A model generated the notes under the pieces. The model saw nothing but the letters and a program-made list of their open reading frames with translations. It did not search any database and was not told the DNA's origin. From contig OZ037772.1 in the NCBI GenBank assembly GCA_964035545.1, positions 12,770,818 to 12,834,817 on the forward strand: a stretch of DNA of 64,000 nt, written 5' to 3'. The stretch comes from Bugula neritina. Taxonomy: Eukaryota; Animalia; Bryozoa. A program made the translations under genes and the position numbers. Every line of letters starts with the position of its first letter. Positions within the stretch are counted from its first letter, which is position 1. Shown here piece by piece: positions 40,194 through 52,080 of this stretch.

Positions 40194-43100
40194 AGGAGTA
40201 TGGTGGAACACGCCGTCGTCTGTCCGTACGGACCTGGCGGAACATTCTACCCGAGTGGCAGGTACCACGCAGGACTAGTAGGCCCGCACAACGGCCTAGT
40301 ACCTTTTCCCTGCCACTCGCTAACCGGTTTCACCGGTTACCTCGGGAGGAGGAGCCCGCCACTGAAATGGAGCCAGAAGGCCCAGTGGAGAGGCCCAAAC
40401 CCCGCCGGCACCAACCTCGCCGCCGGAAGCCCCGTAAACCACGGGTGGAACCCCCGCCGTCCTGTCAAACCAGGACAGCACATGCGGGGGGGGTGAAAGT
40501 ACAACCACATGGAGAGAGCTATTTCCTACCCGGAAAGGTGGCCGGCAACGCCGTCACTTTCCTGCTCGACTCCGGTTGTACTACCAACCTTCTCAGCCGT
40601 AGAGTCTTTGAGGCACTGCCCCGCCGGGACAGGGATAGAGTACGACCGTATACTGGAGAACATGGCACCCTGGCAGACGGGTCATGTATCCCCTTTTATG
40701 GTATTATCGAGCTCCCTGGGCGTGTCCGAGATCAGGCTGTACAGGAGACCTTTATCATAGGTCAACTGGAGGAAGATGCTATCCTCGGCATGCCCTTCTT
40801 GAAGCAACACCAGTGCCGAATAGATTTTAGTAAGTCGGTGGTGCTGATGGGCGGGCGAGAACTCGCCTGTGTGGATAAGTTTGGGCGTCCTCTGGTGGGC
40901 GGTGTTCAGGTAGTTCGGAACTGCACCGTACCCGGACGCTCCAGAGCTACTATCCACTGCCGAGTGAACAGCAACCGGATAGCCAGGCTCGGGGTCGTTG
41001 AAAGCGCGCACGAAAAGATCCAACTCGCCAGTAGTCTAAACCGACTAACTGAGCGAGGGGAGGTCTTAGTGCAGTGCGTCAACCCCTTTACCGAGCCCAT
41101 TGAGCTCCCAGCTGGGTCAATGCTGGGCCGGTTCCATTCCGTCCAGGAAGAGGACGTGGGCCCGTCGCTGGGTGACGCGACGGAGGCACCCCCTCGACAC
41201 CCTATTCAGGGACGAGGGGCAGTCCCGACACATCTCCGGGAGTTATACGAAACAGCCAGTGGCGGCTGCGCGAGTAACAGAGAACGCCAAGCTATGGCCA
41301 AGTTACTACGCGACTACGGTGATGTGTTCAGCAGCGGGGAGAATGACGTGGGACTGACTGGAATTGTCAGACACGAAATACCGCTGACTGCAGGGACAGT
41401 CCCTGTCCGGCAGCCCACGCGCAGGCTGGGGCCGGAGAAAGAGAAGGAGGTTAGCCGACAAGTACGGGATCTTCTGGACCGGGGACTGATAGAGCCCGCC
41501 CATAGTGCGTGGAGCTCGCCAGTCGTACTGGTCCGGAAGAAAGACGGCAGTTGGCGGTTCTGTGTGGACTACCGCAAACTCAATAGCGTAACCATACAGG
41601 ACGCCTACCCTCTACCTCGCATTGACGAGTCATTGGACGCCCTAGCCGGCAGCAAGTACTTCAGTACGTTAGACTTGCTAAGCGGCTATTGGCAGGTTCC
41701 TCTGAGTCCCGACGCCCAGGAGAAAGCGGCGTTTATCACACGGGACGGTTTGTGGAAGTGGAAGGTGCTGCCCTTCGGGTTAACCTCCGCCCCGGCCACC
41801 TTCCAGAGGCTGATGGAACAAGTCCTTAGCGGACTCCATTGGAAGACACTGCTGGTCTACCTCGATGATGTCATCGTAATCTCTCCAGACTTCGAGACAC
41901 ATGTCAGTCGTCTGCAGGAGGTTTTCGAGAGACTCCGAGGTGCCGGTCTTAAGCTCAAACCTTCCAAGTGCGCTCTATTGCAGCCGGAGGTCAAGTACCT
42001 GGGGCACGTTGTCGGTCGAAACGGCGTGGCAACGGACCCCGAAAAGGTACGGGCAGTAGAAGACTGGGTCACCCCCCAAGACTTGACCGGACTCCGGGCT
42101 TTCTTGGGGCTGGTAGGGTATTATAGGCAATACATACCAGACTTTGCGGGCATAGCCCAGCCGCTAAACCGGCTTACCGCAAAGGGAGTGACGTGGCAGT
42201 GGACTCCAGTCGAACAAGAAGCGTTCGACCGCCTCAAGGGCTGCCTCCTAGCGGCGCCCATCTTGGCCTACCCAGACCCCACTCTGGAGTACATCCTAGA
42301 CACAGACGCCAGTGACCAGAATGTTGGCGCTGTGCTGTCGCAAGTGCAGGACGGCCGAGAAGTAGTAGTAGCCTACTACAGCAAGTCTCTCTCTCCCGCT
42401 GAACGAAATTACTGCACTACCCGCAAGGAGCTGCTGGCAGTAATCAAGTCAGTGAAGCACTTCAGACCATACCTATATGGCAGGAAGTTCCGGCTGCGTA
42501 CGGATCATGCCTCGCTGATCTGGTTGTGCAGGAGAGCAGAGCCCTCCAGTCAGGTCGCCCGGTGGCTCGAAATCCTAGCTGAATTCTCGTACCGGATCGA
42601 ACACCGACCGGGCAAGAGACACAGCAATGCAGATGGGTTGAGTCGCCGACCTGACGGAGGTTGTAAACAGTGTCTCAACATCGAGAGGAGGGATGGAGGT
42701 CCCCCACGATGCGAGTTGGAGACGCTGGCTCATCACGGAGCACCGTTTGACTGGGATCAAGGTCAACTCAGGCAAAGAGTTGATGAGTCCCCGGAGGATG
42801 TACAAAACCTCCGCGCCAACCCTATACTGGCCGGTAATGTTCGAGAGCTGAAGAAGCTCCAAGAAGAGCTGCCGGGAGTCGTGGCAGACATCTACCGGGC
42901 CAAAAGGGAAGGGCGACGACCCAGCGAGGAACGCATACGACAGGGATGCGCCGAGTTCCGGCTATACTGTCAGCGTTGGGACTCGCTGCGGATCGGGCAG
43001 GATGGGTTGCTAACCATCTCTCTAGCTGCCAGCGGCAGACACCCGGAAAGGAAGAGGGTAGTCTGCCCCACAGCCATCCGCCGTGAGTTGATTTGGGATA

Positions 43101-44182
43101 CTCACAAGCAGGCTCACGCAGGGGTCAAGCGAGTGATATCCAAATTACGACTCCGGTGGTATTGGCCGCAGATGGAGCGTGACGTCCGGCTCAGAGTCAA
43201 ACAGTGTGAGATCTGCCAGGCCAGTAAGCATAGCCGCCCCCCTGGTGAAGCAGGACGGCGGAGGCTATATGCTGGTAGGCCCTGGCAAGTGGTCGCTGTA
43301 GACCTGGTCGGACCCATGCCCCTGACCCCCAGAGGCAATAATTGGATCCTAGTACTAACCGACCACTTTACTAGGTGGGCGGATGCTCTGGCTATCCCAG
43401 ATGCATCAGCCCCAACAGTGGCCAGGGCACTAGACCAACATGTATTCTGTTATTTTGGGCTTCCCGAACAGATACACTCTGATCAAGGCGCTCAATTCCA
43501 GTCTCAACTGATGAGCGACCTTTGCCACCTCTGGGGAGTAAATCAGAGCAGGACCACCCCCTACCACCCTCAAGGTAACGGGGTGGTGGAGCGCAACAAC
43601 CGGATGCTAGGTGATGCGCTCCGGAGTCTCCTCCTTGGACGAGGTCAAGAGGAATGGGATACGGTGTTGCCGCAAGTCATGCGTGCATACCGTAGCACCC
43701 CACACACCAGTACTGGTGAGACCCCAAACCTCTTGATGCTCGGGAGAGAGACTCGTGTCCCTGACCATCTCACCTATCACGTTCCAGAGCAGGATAACTC
43801 AGTCCATGAGTATGCCAGTGAACTAGTGGAACGGATGAAGGCCGCACACGAGATACTGCGTCAACAGCAGTGGAAGGTGCGGCACGAAGATTCCGATGAA
43901 CCACCCCTCTATCAAAGAGGAGATAAGGTGTGGATGGTCAATTACCGTAGGCGCCGCGGACAGGCTGATAAGCTGAAGCCTAAGTTCGTAGGCCCCTACG
44001 TGGTCGTCGAGGCTATGCCCAATCATACGTACAAGATTGAGCGCTCAGGACAGGTGTCTATCCAGAATGAGTCTCGCTTGAAACCGTATTGGGCTAGCCC
44101 TGACGGAGTGGGAGAAGCCCCCCCCGTTGTTAGAGCCAAGGAGGCAGACAACGACGCGCGGGCGACGGCGGCATGGACCTGA
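40094..44182 (+). CDS. pol: Gypsy Pol (PR-RT-RNase H-INT), entered by frameshift
   Basis: FLLDSG protease; WRFCVDYRKLN, LPFGL and YLDD in RT; DTDAS..RTDH in RNase H; HKQAH..CEIC, VDLVGP, SDQG and VERNN in integrase; GPY motif. Confidence 0.95.
40142..40185 (+). promoter_or_regulatory. Probable -1 ribosomal frameshift signal (gag to pol)
   Basis: The pol (-1) frame is open from 40094 and overlaps the end of gag. G TTA AAC at 40142-40148, a 6-nt spacer, then stem GGCCCGCGG (40155-63) / CCGCAGGCC (40177-85). Confidence 0.7.
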
Positions 44183-44768
44183 ATACGAAGTGGTCATACC
44201 GCGGGAGGAAAACTTGGTGAGAGAGGAGCGGCAGCTTTTGTCAACAGAAGCGTGTCCGCCACCGCCAAGTCTAATTCCATCACTTCCAGAAACCGAGCCG
44301 GTTCCGGAAGTGCAAACCCCCACGGAGGGAGGGGCTCCATCCGGAGAACAAGAAGAGGTGACCACTAACGGTGAAGTAGAGACGCCATTAGAGGCCCCTA
44401 CTAACGAACCGACAAGTGTGTCACCCCCCCTAGAGAGGGGACAGCGTACGAGGAAGCCCCCACCGTATTTGAAAGACTTCATATGTGACTGCATTAGAAG
44501 CGGCGCACATGAAAGTCTAGGGGAAAACCGTACGATAAAATGTTGGAGTTGTGAACCCCACGCAAATATCAACTTTTGCGAGGGCGGAATAGTGGGAGGA
44601 ATTAATGCGCGTAAAGCAAATAGTTCCGACCTCGTGCCTCAGAAACGATGCTCAGCCTTTTCTTATGCTGACATCGCCAAAGGCAGACGTATCTCACAAC
44701 CAGCTCCAACCTTACCAAGAACGTTGAGTATGGACATTAATACCGAGTTCCCAGGTAAGCCAGTATAA
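44127..44768 (+). CDS. Probable C-terminal tail of Pol, split from it by a +1 indel in a C8 run
   Basis: Removing one C from 44118-44125 gives EAPPLLEPRRQ... continuing to RGQRTRKPPPYLKDF, the R..RKPP..L.D(F/Y) motif typical of LTR-element integrase tails. Confidence 0.7.
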   Translation: MLEPRRQTTTRGRRRHGPEYEVVIPREENLVREERQLLSTEACPPPPSLIPSLPETEPVPEVQTPTEGGAPSGEQEEVTTNGEVETPLEAPTNEPTSVSPPLERGQRTRKPPPYLKDFICDCIRSGAHESLGENRTIKCWSCEPHANINFCEGGIVGGINARKANSSDLVPQKRCSAFSYADIAKGRRISQPAPTLPRTLSMDINTEFPGKPV

Positions 44769-44785
44769 GTCTTGTATTCCTATTC

Positions 44786-45859
44786 ATGGAAACGGGCTCG
44801 ATGCCAGTAGATTCTGAACTAATTCAGCAGATTGAATCAGAATTACTGGGAACCACGTTTCATGTGAATGACGATGAAGACACTGTAATGGCCGATGGTC
44901 TGTTAGACCTGGAGCTAGACACTGTTCTTGGTCAGTCCACACATGATTCATCAGTTCCTCGAGTGCATTCCAAAAGCAGTGACTCTCAGGCTAGCAACGG
45001 TCGACAGTCACTAGAATTAGGTTGTAAAGATCCACCGCGATCTAACACTAATTCTACTTTTGTAGACACACTCGCGCCCGTCTCTCCGGGCATGCCTTCT
45101 CTAGAGATGGCGTGGGACTCAGAGCCGGCCCCAACAACTTCTACCACCAGGAAACTGCCACCCCAGTTGGAAGCAACCTCCAACTGGATTACCCCTGCCA
45201 CAGAGAGAGAGATCAGGACCCATCAAGGAGGTGAGGGTAATCGTGAATGCAACCTCTGCCAACAGCGATTCACGACCCACCGCAGACTAAAAGTACACTT
45301 GCTGCAACACTACATCACCACTTTCTGCCCTTGCGGAGAATATAGCTACAATCGTGATTACCTGTTGCGGCACCAACGTACTATGCAGTGTTATCAAGGG
45401 CATGTCTATGAAGTAGACGAATCATCCTATCCTGCTTTTCTCAACGCCATCAAACCACTCATCACTGACTCAGCTCGGCTATCTCGCCTGGAGCAAGGCT
45501 TCCCTTCCCCGCGACCCATCATCTCTGGAGCCGCAGATAAACCTACACAGTCTACTAACTCTCCACCTCACAGTCCTATACGCATGCCGCATACCTTTCC
45601 TCGTGTCGTACTACAGAGAGTAGACACAAATGCGTATACACTCCCTCCTCCTCTTCCATCCTCAGAGCGGAAACGACACAGGCAACCAACTTCCTCTCGT
45701 TCGTCCCCCTGGGCCCGTAACCTACGTGAGGTAGAAGCTAGGGCGCATGACTTGGAGCAAGAAGTGTACAGGCTGGCCCCACGAGTACAGGCAGCCTCCA
45801 GTGGACTCAAATATTTACAGGAGTCTATTAAGCGCATGAAACGTGCGGCCCGCAGTTAA
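44786..45859 (+). CDS. Gypsy ORF3: acidic/disordered N-terminus, two C2H2-like zinc fingers, Pro/Ser linker, C-terminal coiled coil (357 aa); not env
   Basis: Intact ATG-to-TAA ORF inside the LTRs containing CNLCQQRFTTHRRLKVHLLQH and CPCGEYSYNRDYLLRHQRTMQC. No signal peptide or transmembrane segment is visible. Confidence 0.8.
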   Translation: METGSMPVDSELIQQIESELLGTTFHVNDDEDTVMADGLLDLELDTVLGQSTHDSSVPRVHSKSSDSQASNGRQSLELGCKDPPRSNTNSTFVDTLAPVSPGMPSLEMAWDSEPAPTTSTTRKLPPQLEATSNWITPATEREIRTHQGGEGNRECNLCQQRFTTHRRLKVHLLQHYITTFCPCGEYSYNRDYLLRHQRTMQCYQGHVYEVDESSYPAFLNAIKPLITDSARLSRLEQGFPSPRPIISGAADKPTQSTNSPPHSPIRMPHTFPRVVLQRVDTNAYTLPPPLPSSERKRHRQPTSSRSSPWARNLREVEARAHDLEQEVYRLAPRVQAASSGLKYLQESIKRMKRAARS

Positions 45860-46123
45860 CTCGAGTCTACCTACCACTCCCTACTACTCATTCCCCTACC
45901 TCTCTGTGGCATTCCCTACCGTAATGGTGGCACGTACTCTATATGTAGATAGGACCTTCTCTTGCTTATTACTTAGTGCACGATATATATACCTGTATAT
46001 TTTTTACCAGTTGTTGTTTTTTTTATATACTTTTATGCTGTTCTCTTATCCCCCAACGAAGTATACGTTTTTTTATGTAAATCTTATTTTATCAGAAAGT
46101 GGGCTTTCTGCTGGAGGGGGCAG

Positions 46124-46428
46124 TGTGGTGGCTCGTGGAGCTACCAGCAACACAATACGCAAGGTTGCGTATTGACCCGGAACAATGTATTAGCCAATTA
46201 GCTAAGCTGTTTTATAAGTAATAGTAGCCGCTTCGCGCTACTAGCTCAGTTGAGGATAGTGCTGTAAACTAAATAGACGTGCGTATCATTACTGTTGTAC
46301 ATTGGATTTCTATTATGTATTCTTGTATTAAATATAACGATATCTACTCGACTTAACTGGTGAAGTTTCTCTAGTGTTAAATAGACTCTCTTGGTGACAC
46401 ATCAACCCTAAATCTGAAAACTATAACA
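46124..46428 (+). repeat. Gypsy 3' LTR
   Basis: Direct repeat of 38989-39293, preceded by the PPT. Confidence 0.95.
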
Positions 46429-47351
46429 GTATCATTTTTGACATGAGGCTGGTAAGACTAACTCTAAATATTAGTGAGTGTCCATAGTGATGTCAATGGT
46501 ATGTCATCACACTAATGAGTAATAATACATCTAGTAATCTACTGCTAGCTCTAAGTTTACAAAAAAGTGCTCCATAATTATAGTGATGGTATTGGGTTTG
46601 CTGTATTGTTGAATAGCAACTGCCTATTTTTACATGCAAGTTATAACTTAATGGTTATTCCAGCAGCAATTGGGAGGCATCCTAGCCATAAGCCTGAGGG
46701 TTTAGTTCAAATCTCAGCAGGGTCACCTGCTCATTATACTAGTTGTATCTTATCCGGTCTCCCTCTTATAATGTCCCTCTTTTATAATGATTAGATGGAT
46801 AACAGGAAGGGATGTGAAGAAATCATCTCTTTGCTAATCATTTACTATCTGGTGCAACTTTCAACAAGAACTTCGATCATGTTGCTAATTCATATTATAG
46901 TTTATATTTATTGTTTTGAGAACTGAAGTGCTGAGTGCAAGAGGTTTGATTATATAATTTAAATTATGCTGTTCTTTTTGGTCAGCATATAATTGATGGA
47001 GTTGGGCATTTTATATTGATATTATTACAAAAGCGCAATTGGTTATTTTATATATTCTATGTTTTGCACCGTACCTTTCAATGTGATGGTAGCAATACAA
47101 TCATAATGATAACAAGTATTAATTTTAATAACTGATTTGATTTCAACTAAATGTATTGGTATTGGCGAAGGTATCAGCCTGGTTTATTTATATCTCTCAA
47201 GCAACATACAGGCTTATAAGAGTAAGTTTCAGGTTTGGCTTTAAAGTGTATGGACTTTGTCACACGTTCATTAATAATTTCTAATTTGCTGAGGCTGTGA
47301 TCATTTTGTTTGTACTCGCAATACCCTCTCACATTTTCGTCATCTTTGTAG

Positions 47352-50300
47352 GTTGACGATGATTTGATATGTTCTCACTGTAATAAAGTTCTTCGTGATG
47401 CGGTATTTGTTAAACCTTGTGGCCATACTATCTGCTTCAGTTGTCTAAAATATAAACAAAGGTATACCAAATCATCTTGACAAATTTCTAGAAGTCTCTA
47501 ACGTAATATATGCTTTTAAGGTGTTTGGAATTGTTTCATGAATCATCTATGTGTTTTCTTTAATTTTCTGATGGCTGGCACTTCTAGTAGAAATTTTGCT
47601 TTATAGATACTTGATAGAGCATTTCTTCTTATTTACATGCCTTGTCCTTCTTTTTCTGGATGTGTGCTGGTATAATGGAGAGATGTCTATTGTAATTATT
47701 GCTGAGTAAGTTGACAAGGAATTCAGTCTTTTAATATACTTTACTATTTCACTGTGATTTTATTCAATAGCTTGAAATTATTTTACATTAATTACGGTTT
47801 TTTAGCAATGCTGCTGAAAAATACTGTCCAGTTTGCTATGGCAAGAGGAGTTATTCCGTGGACAGTGGGCTTCAGACGTCATCTATTGGTACGTGTGCAC
47901 TTAGGAAAACGGGTTTTTATTCATTGTTGTGTGTTTTAGGAAGTTCACTGCAGTTTATATGACGAAATTCTAGTTTGATAACTTGTTGCAACTATATGTT
48001 TGCAGTTGGGATACTTGTCAGGAACTTGTGTAGCACCTACATGCTCTGCCTTGCCATCTGTTATGTAATACTTTAGCAGCATTTTATTTTGGACTTGTGC
48101 CTCTTTATTTGAAGTGTGGGTTGACTGTACCCATTACCCATGTATGAGTGTTGCTAGCAACGCATGGAGAGAGTAGCAACTTCACATCTTGAATACTGAC
48201 TGCAAAGCTTTGCCTGTGTTTCATTTGTTTGTTTTCGAAGCCTCACAAAGAATGTCATATTTTATTCAGATTCCAAGAAGGTTATACGCCATTTGGAGGC
48301 CAGAGAGCAAGTGAATAGGCTGAGAGTTAGATGTCCTCAAGGCTGTGGTGCTGAGAGTTTAGTCTTGAAGGATTTGGAGGTAAAATGGACAAGTAGTGCT
48401 TATGTGTTGTCTATATGATAGGTTCAGCCATTTGGGCTGTACGCTAAGTGCTTTTTGTTTTTCCGATACATTAAAAAGGAACTGGCTCTTAGAAAAACCA
48501 CATGTCAACTTATAAAGTTACGTGTATTGTAAAAACCTAACTTATAATTTTGGATTCCTACAGCTTATAGACACCTGATATATAAATAATGAGTGTTGTA
48601 AGACATAACATAGCATTATCATAGGGTTTAAATATCATCTCAAAGTTACCTGTATTACTGATATTTTGGTGGGTGTTGAACTTTAATAAAAGTGGCAGAT
48701 ACTTGTTTTCTCTCTTAATAGAAGCTATACGAGTAATTATTAGTAAATACTCATTATCTTCATTACTGGTGAAATACGTTCCATCTTTGCTCATTGTCAT
48801 CAACTTACAGACTCACAAGTGTATGAGGTCTCCGTCTACAAGGAGCGTTGCTTCTGCCACCGATCTGACCGAAACTTACTCTACCAGCTCTGTGATGTCA
48901 GAGGGTCAGTTTAACCTAGACAGTGTGACCCACTCTGATAATGAGAGTCACTTTGATAATGGGACTCACTCTGAAAATGGGACTCACTCTGACAATGTGA
49001 GTCACTTTGATAATGAGAGTCACTCTGATAATGTGACTCACTCTGAAAATGGGACTCACTCTGACAATGTGAGTCACTCTGATAATGAGAGTTACTCTGA
49101 TAATGTGAGTCACTCTGATAATGTAAGTCACTTTGAGAATTTTAGTTGGGCTGTTAGCTAGTCTAATTCTGAGTGTCACTGCTCAAGGGCTGATGTGAAG
49201 TAATGGAAATCATAAAGTACTTTAATATATCTGTTTTCACCAAGACTTACATCAAAGCTGCAAGTCATAAAAGGTTTCAATAGTTGCTAGATATGTGAAT
49301 GCTTTGACAAGATATAGAGCTGGGGTGATTTTATAATTGTAGGAAAATGGGAGTGGCGGTCATTTCATGAAAGCTAAAGGTTTGTAATCAAAATATATGC
49401 GTTGAAGATGTTGATGAGAAGAAGTTTTGAAGTTTTTGTATTTGCTAGAAATTACTGTTGATTATTATTTTTTCAAAGTGATTTCTCTCTATTGTTTTGC
49501 TAACCGTCTGGAGAGTTTCTGGGACGTTCTGTGAAGCTCAAGTGTTTAAGTTGTTGGATTTCAAAAATGTTGAGTCATTTTTATGATATTAGCTTGTCTG
49601 TTACTAACACATCGGTGTATTCATTAGGGAAGTTTTAATGATCTGTTAAAGTACATTCTCAAAAGTGTCTCAATAAATTACCTTTTTATATTTAAAGTTA
49701 TTATTTTAAATATTTAGACTCCAAAGTTAAGAATTAGGAAAGGAAGCGACTTTAAACTATTTGATACAAACCATGGCTTTTTACAATTAGTTGGCAAGGT
49801 TAATTTAAAAGTTTAAAGATTTTTTTCAACTTTTTTGCTTTTATTCTTCTAGAAATCAACAACACATGGGAGAAAGACCCGAATATGAATAGAATACAGG
49901 TGCAGTTAATAATCATAATAATCATAAATAGTTGTATAACTTTTTTCTGCAGACATTTTGTTTCTGAAACTATTAGTTACCATTGCCTATCTACACGCTG
50001 ATTTGTTTCTATATTTCAAAGGTGTTAATTTTTAGAATGCATTCGGCATGCCTGGCTTTTCATGTAAGCCAAAAGCTAAATCCGATGATGTTCTCACTCT
50101 CATGCAAAAGGAGTCACGAGACTTCCATGTAGATGCTTTGAGTGCCAGTGTAAATCGGGTAACAAAGAAAGTTGATGGTCATGACAGAGAAATTAATTCA
50201 CTAAAGGCTGGAGTTGAGTCTCTTCATTCCAAGATAGAGCATCAACAGAAAGACATTAATGCAAACAAACATGACTTAGACAGCCAGCAGAAAGAAACTG

Positions 50301-51572
50301 TGGCCCAATTTGCCCACTTGAACCAGCAGCAAGGCGAGGTGCACGAAGCTTTCTTGGGGAAAATCCAATCGTCCGAAGAGCACTCTCTGCGCCAGTTCCA
50401 GAGTCTACAATTGCAGAGTGCTCTTCAGGCAAATAGTCTGAGACAGACTCAAGCACAGGTTAATCAGCAATTCAGAGACCAGCGCTTTGTCAACCTGTTT
50501 CAGAGAGACTTCAACGCTGAGCAACTTGAAAGTGCTCGCTTAACAAATCAAAATCTGAGGTTAAGAGGTAACGTTTGTTTGAAATAATGTGTTTCAGTAA
50601 TCATTTACTCAATGTTATAAATCTCCCCAAGCTGTTAAACTTTGGTCTCTGTATCTATAATAAACAACTTAAAATGTTAGTAGTGTTGGTGGCAATGGCC
50701 ATGACGTGCCAGCACATAAAACACAATTATAGTTTATGCAAGTTTCAATTCTTCTCATTAAAATCCTTATGAACAGGTCCGTTTTTTTGGTGCTTTTTCA
50801 GAGAGACGAGCCCTTTCAGCCAGGTTTGCTAGCGACTTTCCAAATTATAATCAACTTGCTTTGCCTAGATTAGAATCTTGGACAGGTAGCCTGCCTTCCT
50901 TGCATTCCAATGATCCGGAAATGCCAACTGAATACGATAACACCATTAACAACAGCGTTGTATCTCTACACTCCGGGAACTTAGACACAGACCAAGACAC
51001 TGCAGGGTGAGGGTTTACAGAACTTATGCAATCCTTGTCTTGTTGCAAAGCTTTCTGTGTACACTGATAAGTCAATGATGTAGGGAGAACACAACTCTAA
51101 AAAGTACTATTCATCCTTCCATAACACTTTACTCTGTTTTCAGATGGTGCTTTTCTAACGCACATAATATCTTCATTGTAACTAGGCTCAGTAGATTTCA
51201 AAATTTCTAATAATATAAAAGCAACACAACAAGATTTGAATTAATTTAAACGACATAATTGGCTTACAGAAATTGATTTGGTAACTTAAAATATTATTTT
51301 TGTCAGCTTCTAAAGATATTTGAATAGTGAGTAGCTGGGGAGAAAATTTAAACAAATTCAGTGTGTAACTCAGTTTGAAATAATATAATTCGATTGATTC
51401 TTAGTTTTAAAATATGGAAATTCTGTAAGCTTTTATTGTTAGCTTTTAGTCTTTGATCTTTACAGATATAATATAACGTCTTTTTTGTAGAGCTGGGGCT
51501 ACCAATTTTGAACCCTCTGAAGAAAATATTACTATAACAGCTGTCCCTATCTCAAGTCATTCTGGTCAGTAA
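47352..51572 (+). CDS. TRAF-like C3HC4 RING / zinc-finger / repeat / coiled-coil protein with no MATH domain; first coding exon not identified
   Basis: Exons 47352-47461 (CSHC..CGHTICFSC), 47806-47888 (CPVC), 48270-48379 (VNRLRVRCPQGC..LKDLE), 48811-49122 (THKC + repeats; alternative donor at 48904), 49718-49793 (needs a GC donor), 49853-49899, 50036-50567 (coiled coil), 50802-51006, 51491-51572. Under this model the intron-phase series matches the minus-strand paralog, and both RING exons are 110 nt. Confidence 0.75.
48919..49140 (+). repeat. 18-bp tandem repeat (~12 copies) encoding HSDN(V/E/G)(S/T)
   Basis: Unit cactctgataatgtgagt and variants, in frame with the exon starting at 48811. 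Confidence 0.9.
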
Positions 51573-51784
51573 CTTCAATCAACTTCCAATAGAGAATATT
51601 TTCAGAGGTTTTCAGTGAAATGCTGGGTCAGGTTTTCATGATCCAGGGTTATAAGGTGCCAGCTTAATATCAGAATATTGAATACTCAATAATAGTTTCT
51701 TACCCCTTCGCACCTCCTCCTTGCCCTGTAGCGGTAGCGGATGCCTGCCGGAGATCAAATCCTCATCCAGGCATTTTATTGTCA

Positions 51785-52080
51785 GGTTGATAAGCACCTT
51801 CAACTATATAGGAACCTCGTTGTTATATAGCATCCTTGTTAGTTTTCCCCATCTGTTATAAACTTTGTAAATGCGCAGCTCAACCTTGGTTCTAAGATAT
51901 TTGAAGGCTGTGCGTGTATTAGTTAAAACTAGTACTATCATATCTGTTGTGCCTGGTGTCTCTCGTAGGCGGAAAATACCCTGCTTTGGCATGGTTAATT
52001 TTGAAGGCCTATTACTTATTCCAGTCCTCGAACCTCTCCTCCAAGTCATGCATTTCTCACACAACAACTTCACAGGGTTT
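51785..52080 (-). pseudogene. Degenerate non-LTR retrotransposon (RTE-like) RT C-terminal fragment
   Basis: Translation AFKYLRT..ELRIYKVYNRWGKLTRMLYNNEVPI*LKVL resembles the FKYLG..RI..W..L..P..LK region of RTE-clade LINEs, interrupted by a stop. Confidence 0.4.

Larger units (their letters stand above)
38989..46428 (+). mobile_element. Full-length Ty3/gypsy LTR retrotransposon (7440 bp) with an additional 3' ORF, recent insertion
   Basis: 305-bp LTRs at 38989-39293 and 46124-46428 (TG...CA, identical by eye). 4-bp TSD GTAT. PBS at 39295-39312 and PPT ggagggggcag at 46113-46123. Gypsy order PR-RT-RH-INT. Confidence 0.97.

Noticed and set aside
44786-45859. ORF3 as an env gene (errantivirus-like)
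   Set aside because: No signal peptide or transmembrane anchor is visible; it has zinc-finger motifs instead.
48919-49140. N-x-S/T sequon in nearly every 6-aa repeat as a glycosylation array
   Set aside because: The protein has an N-terminal RING and no visible signal or TM segment, so it is probably cytosolic and the sequons are likely incidental.
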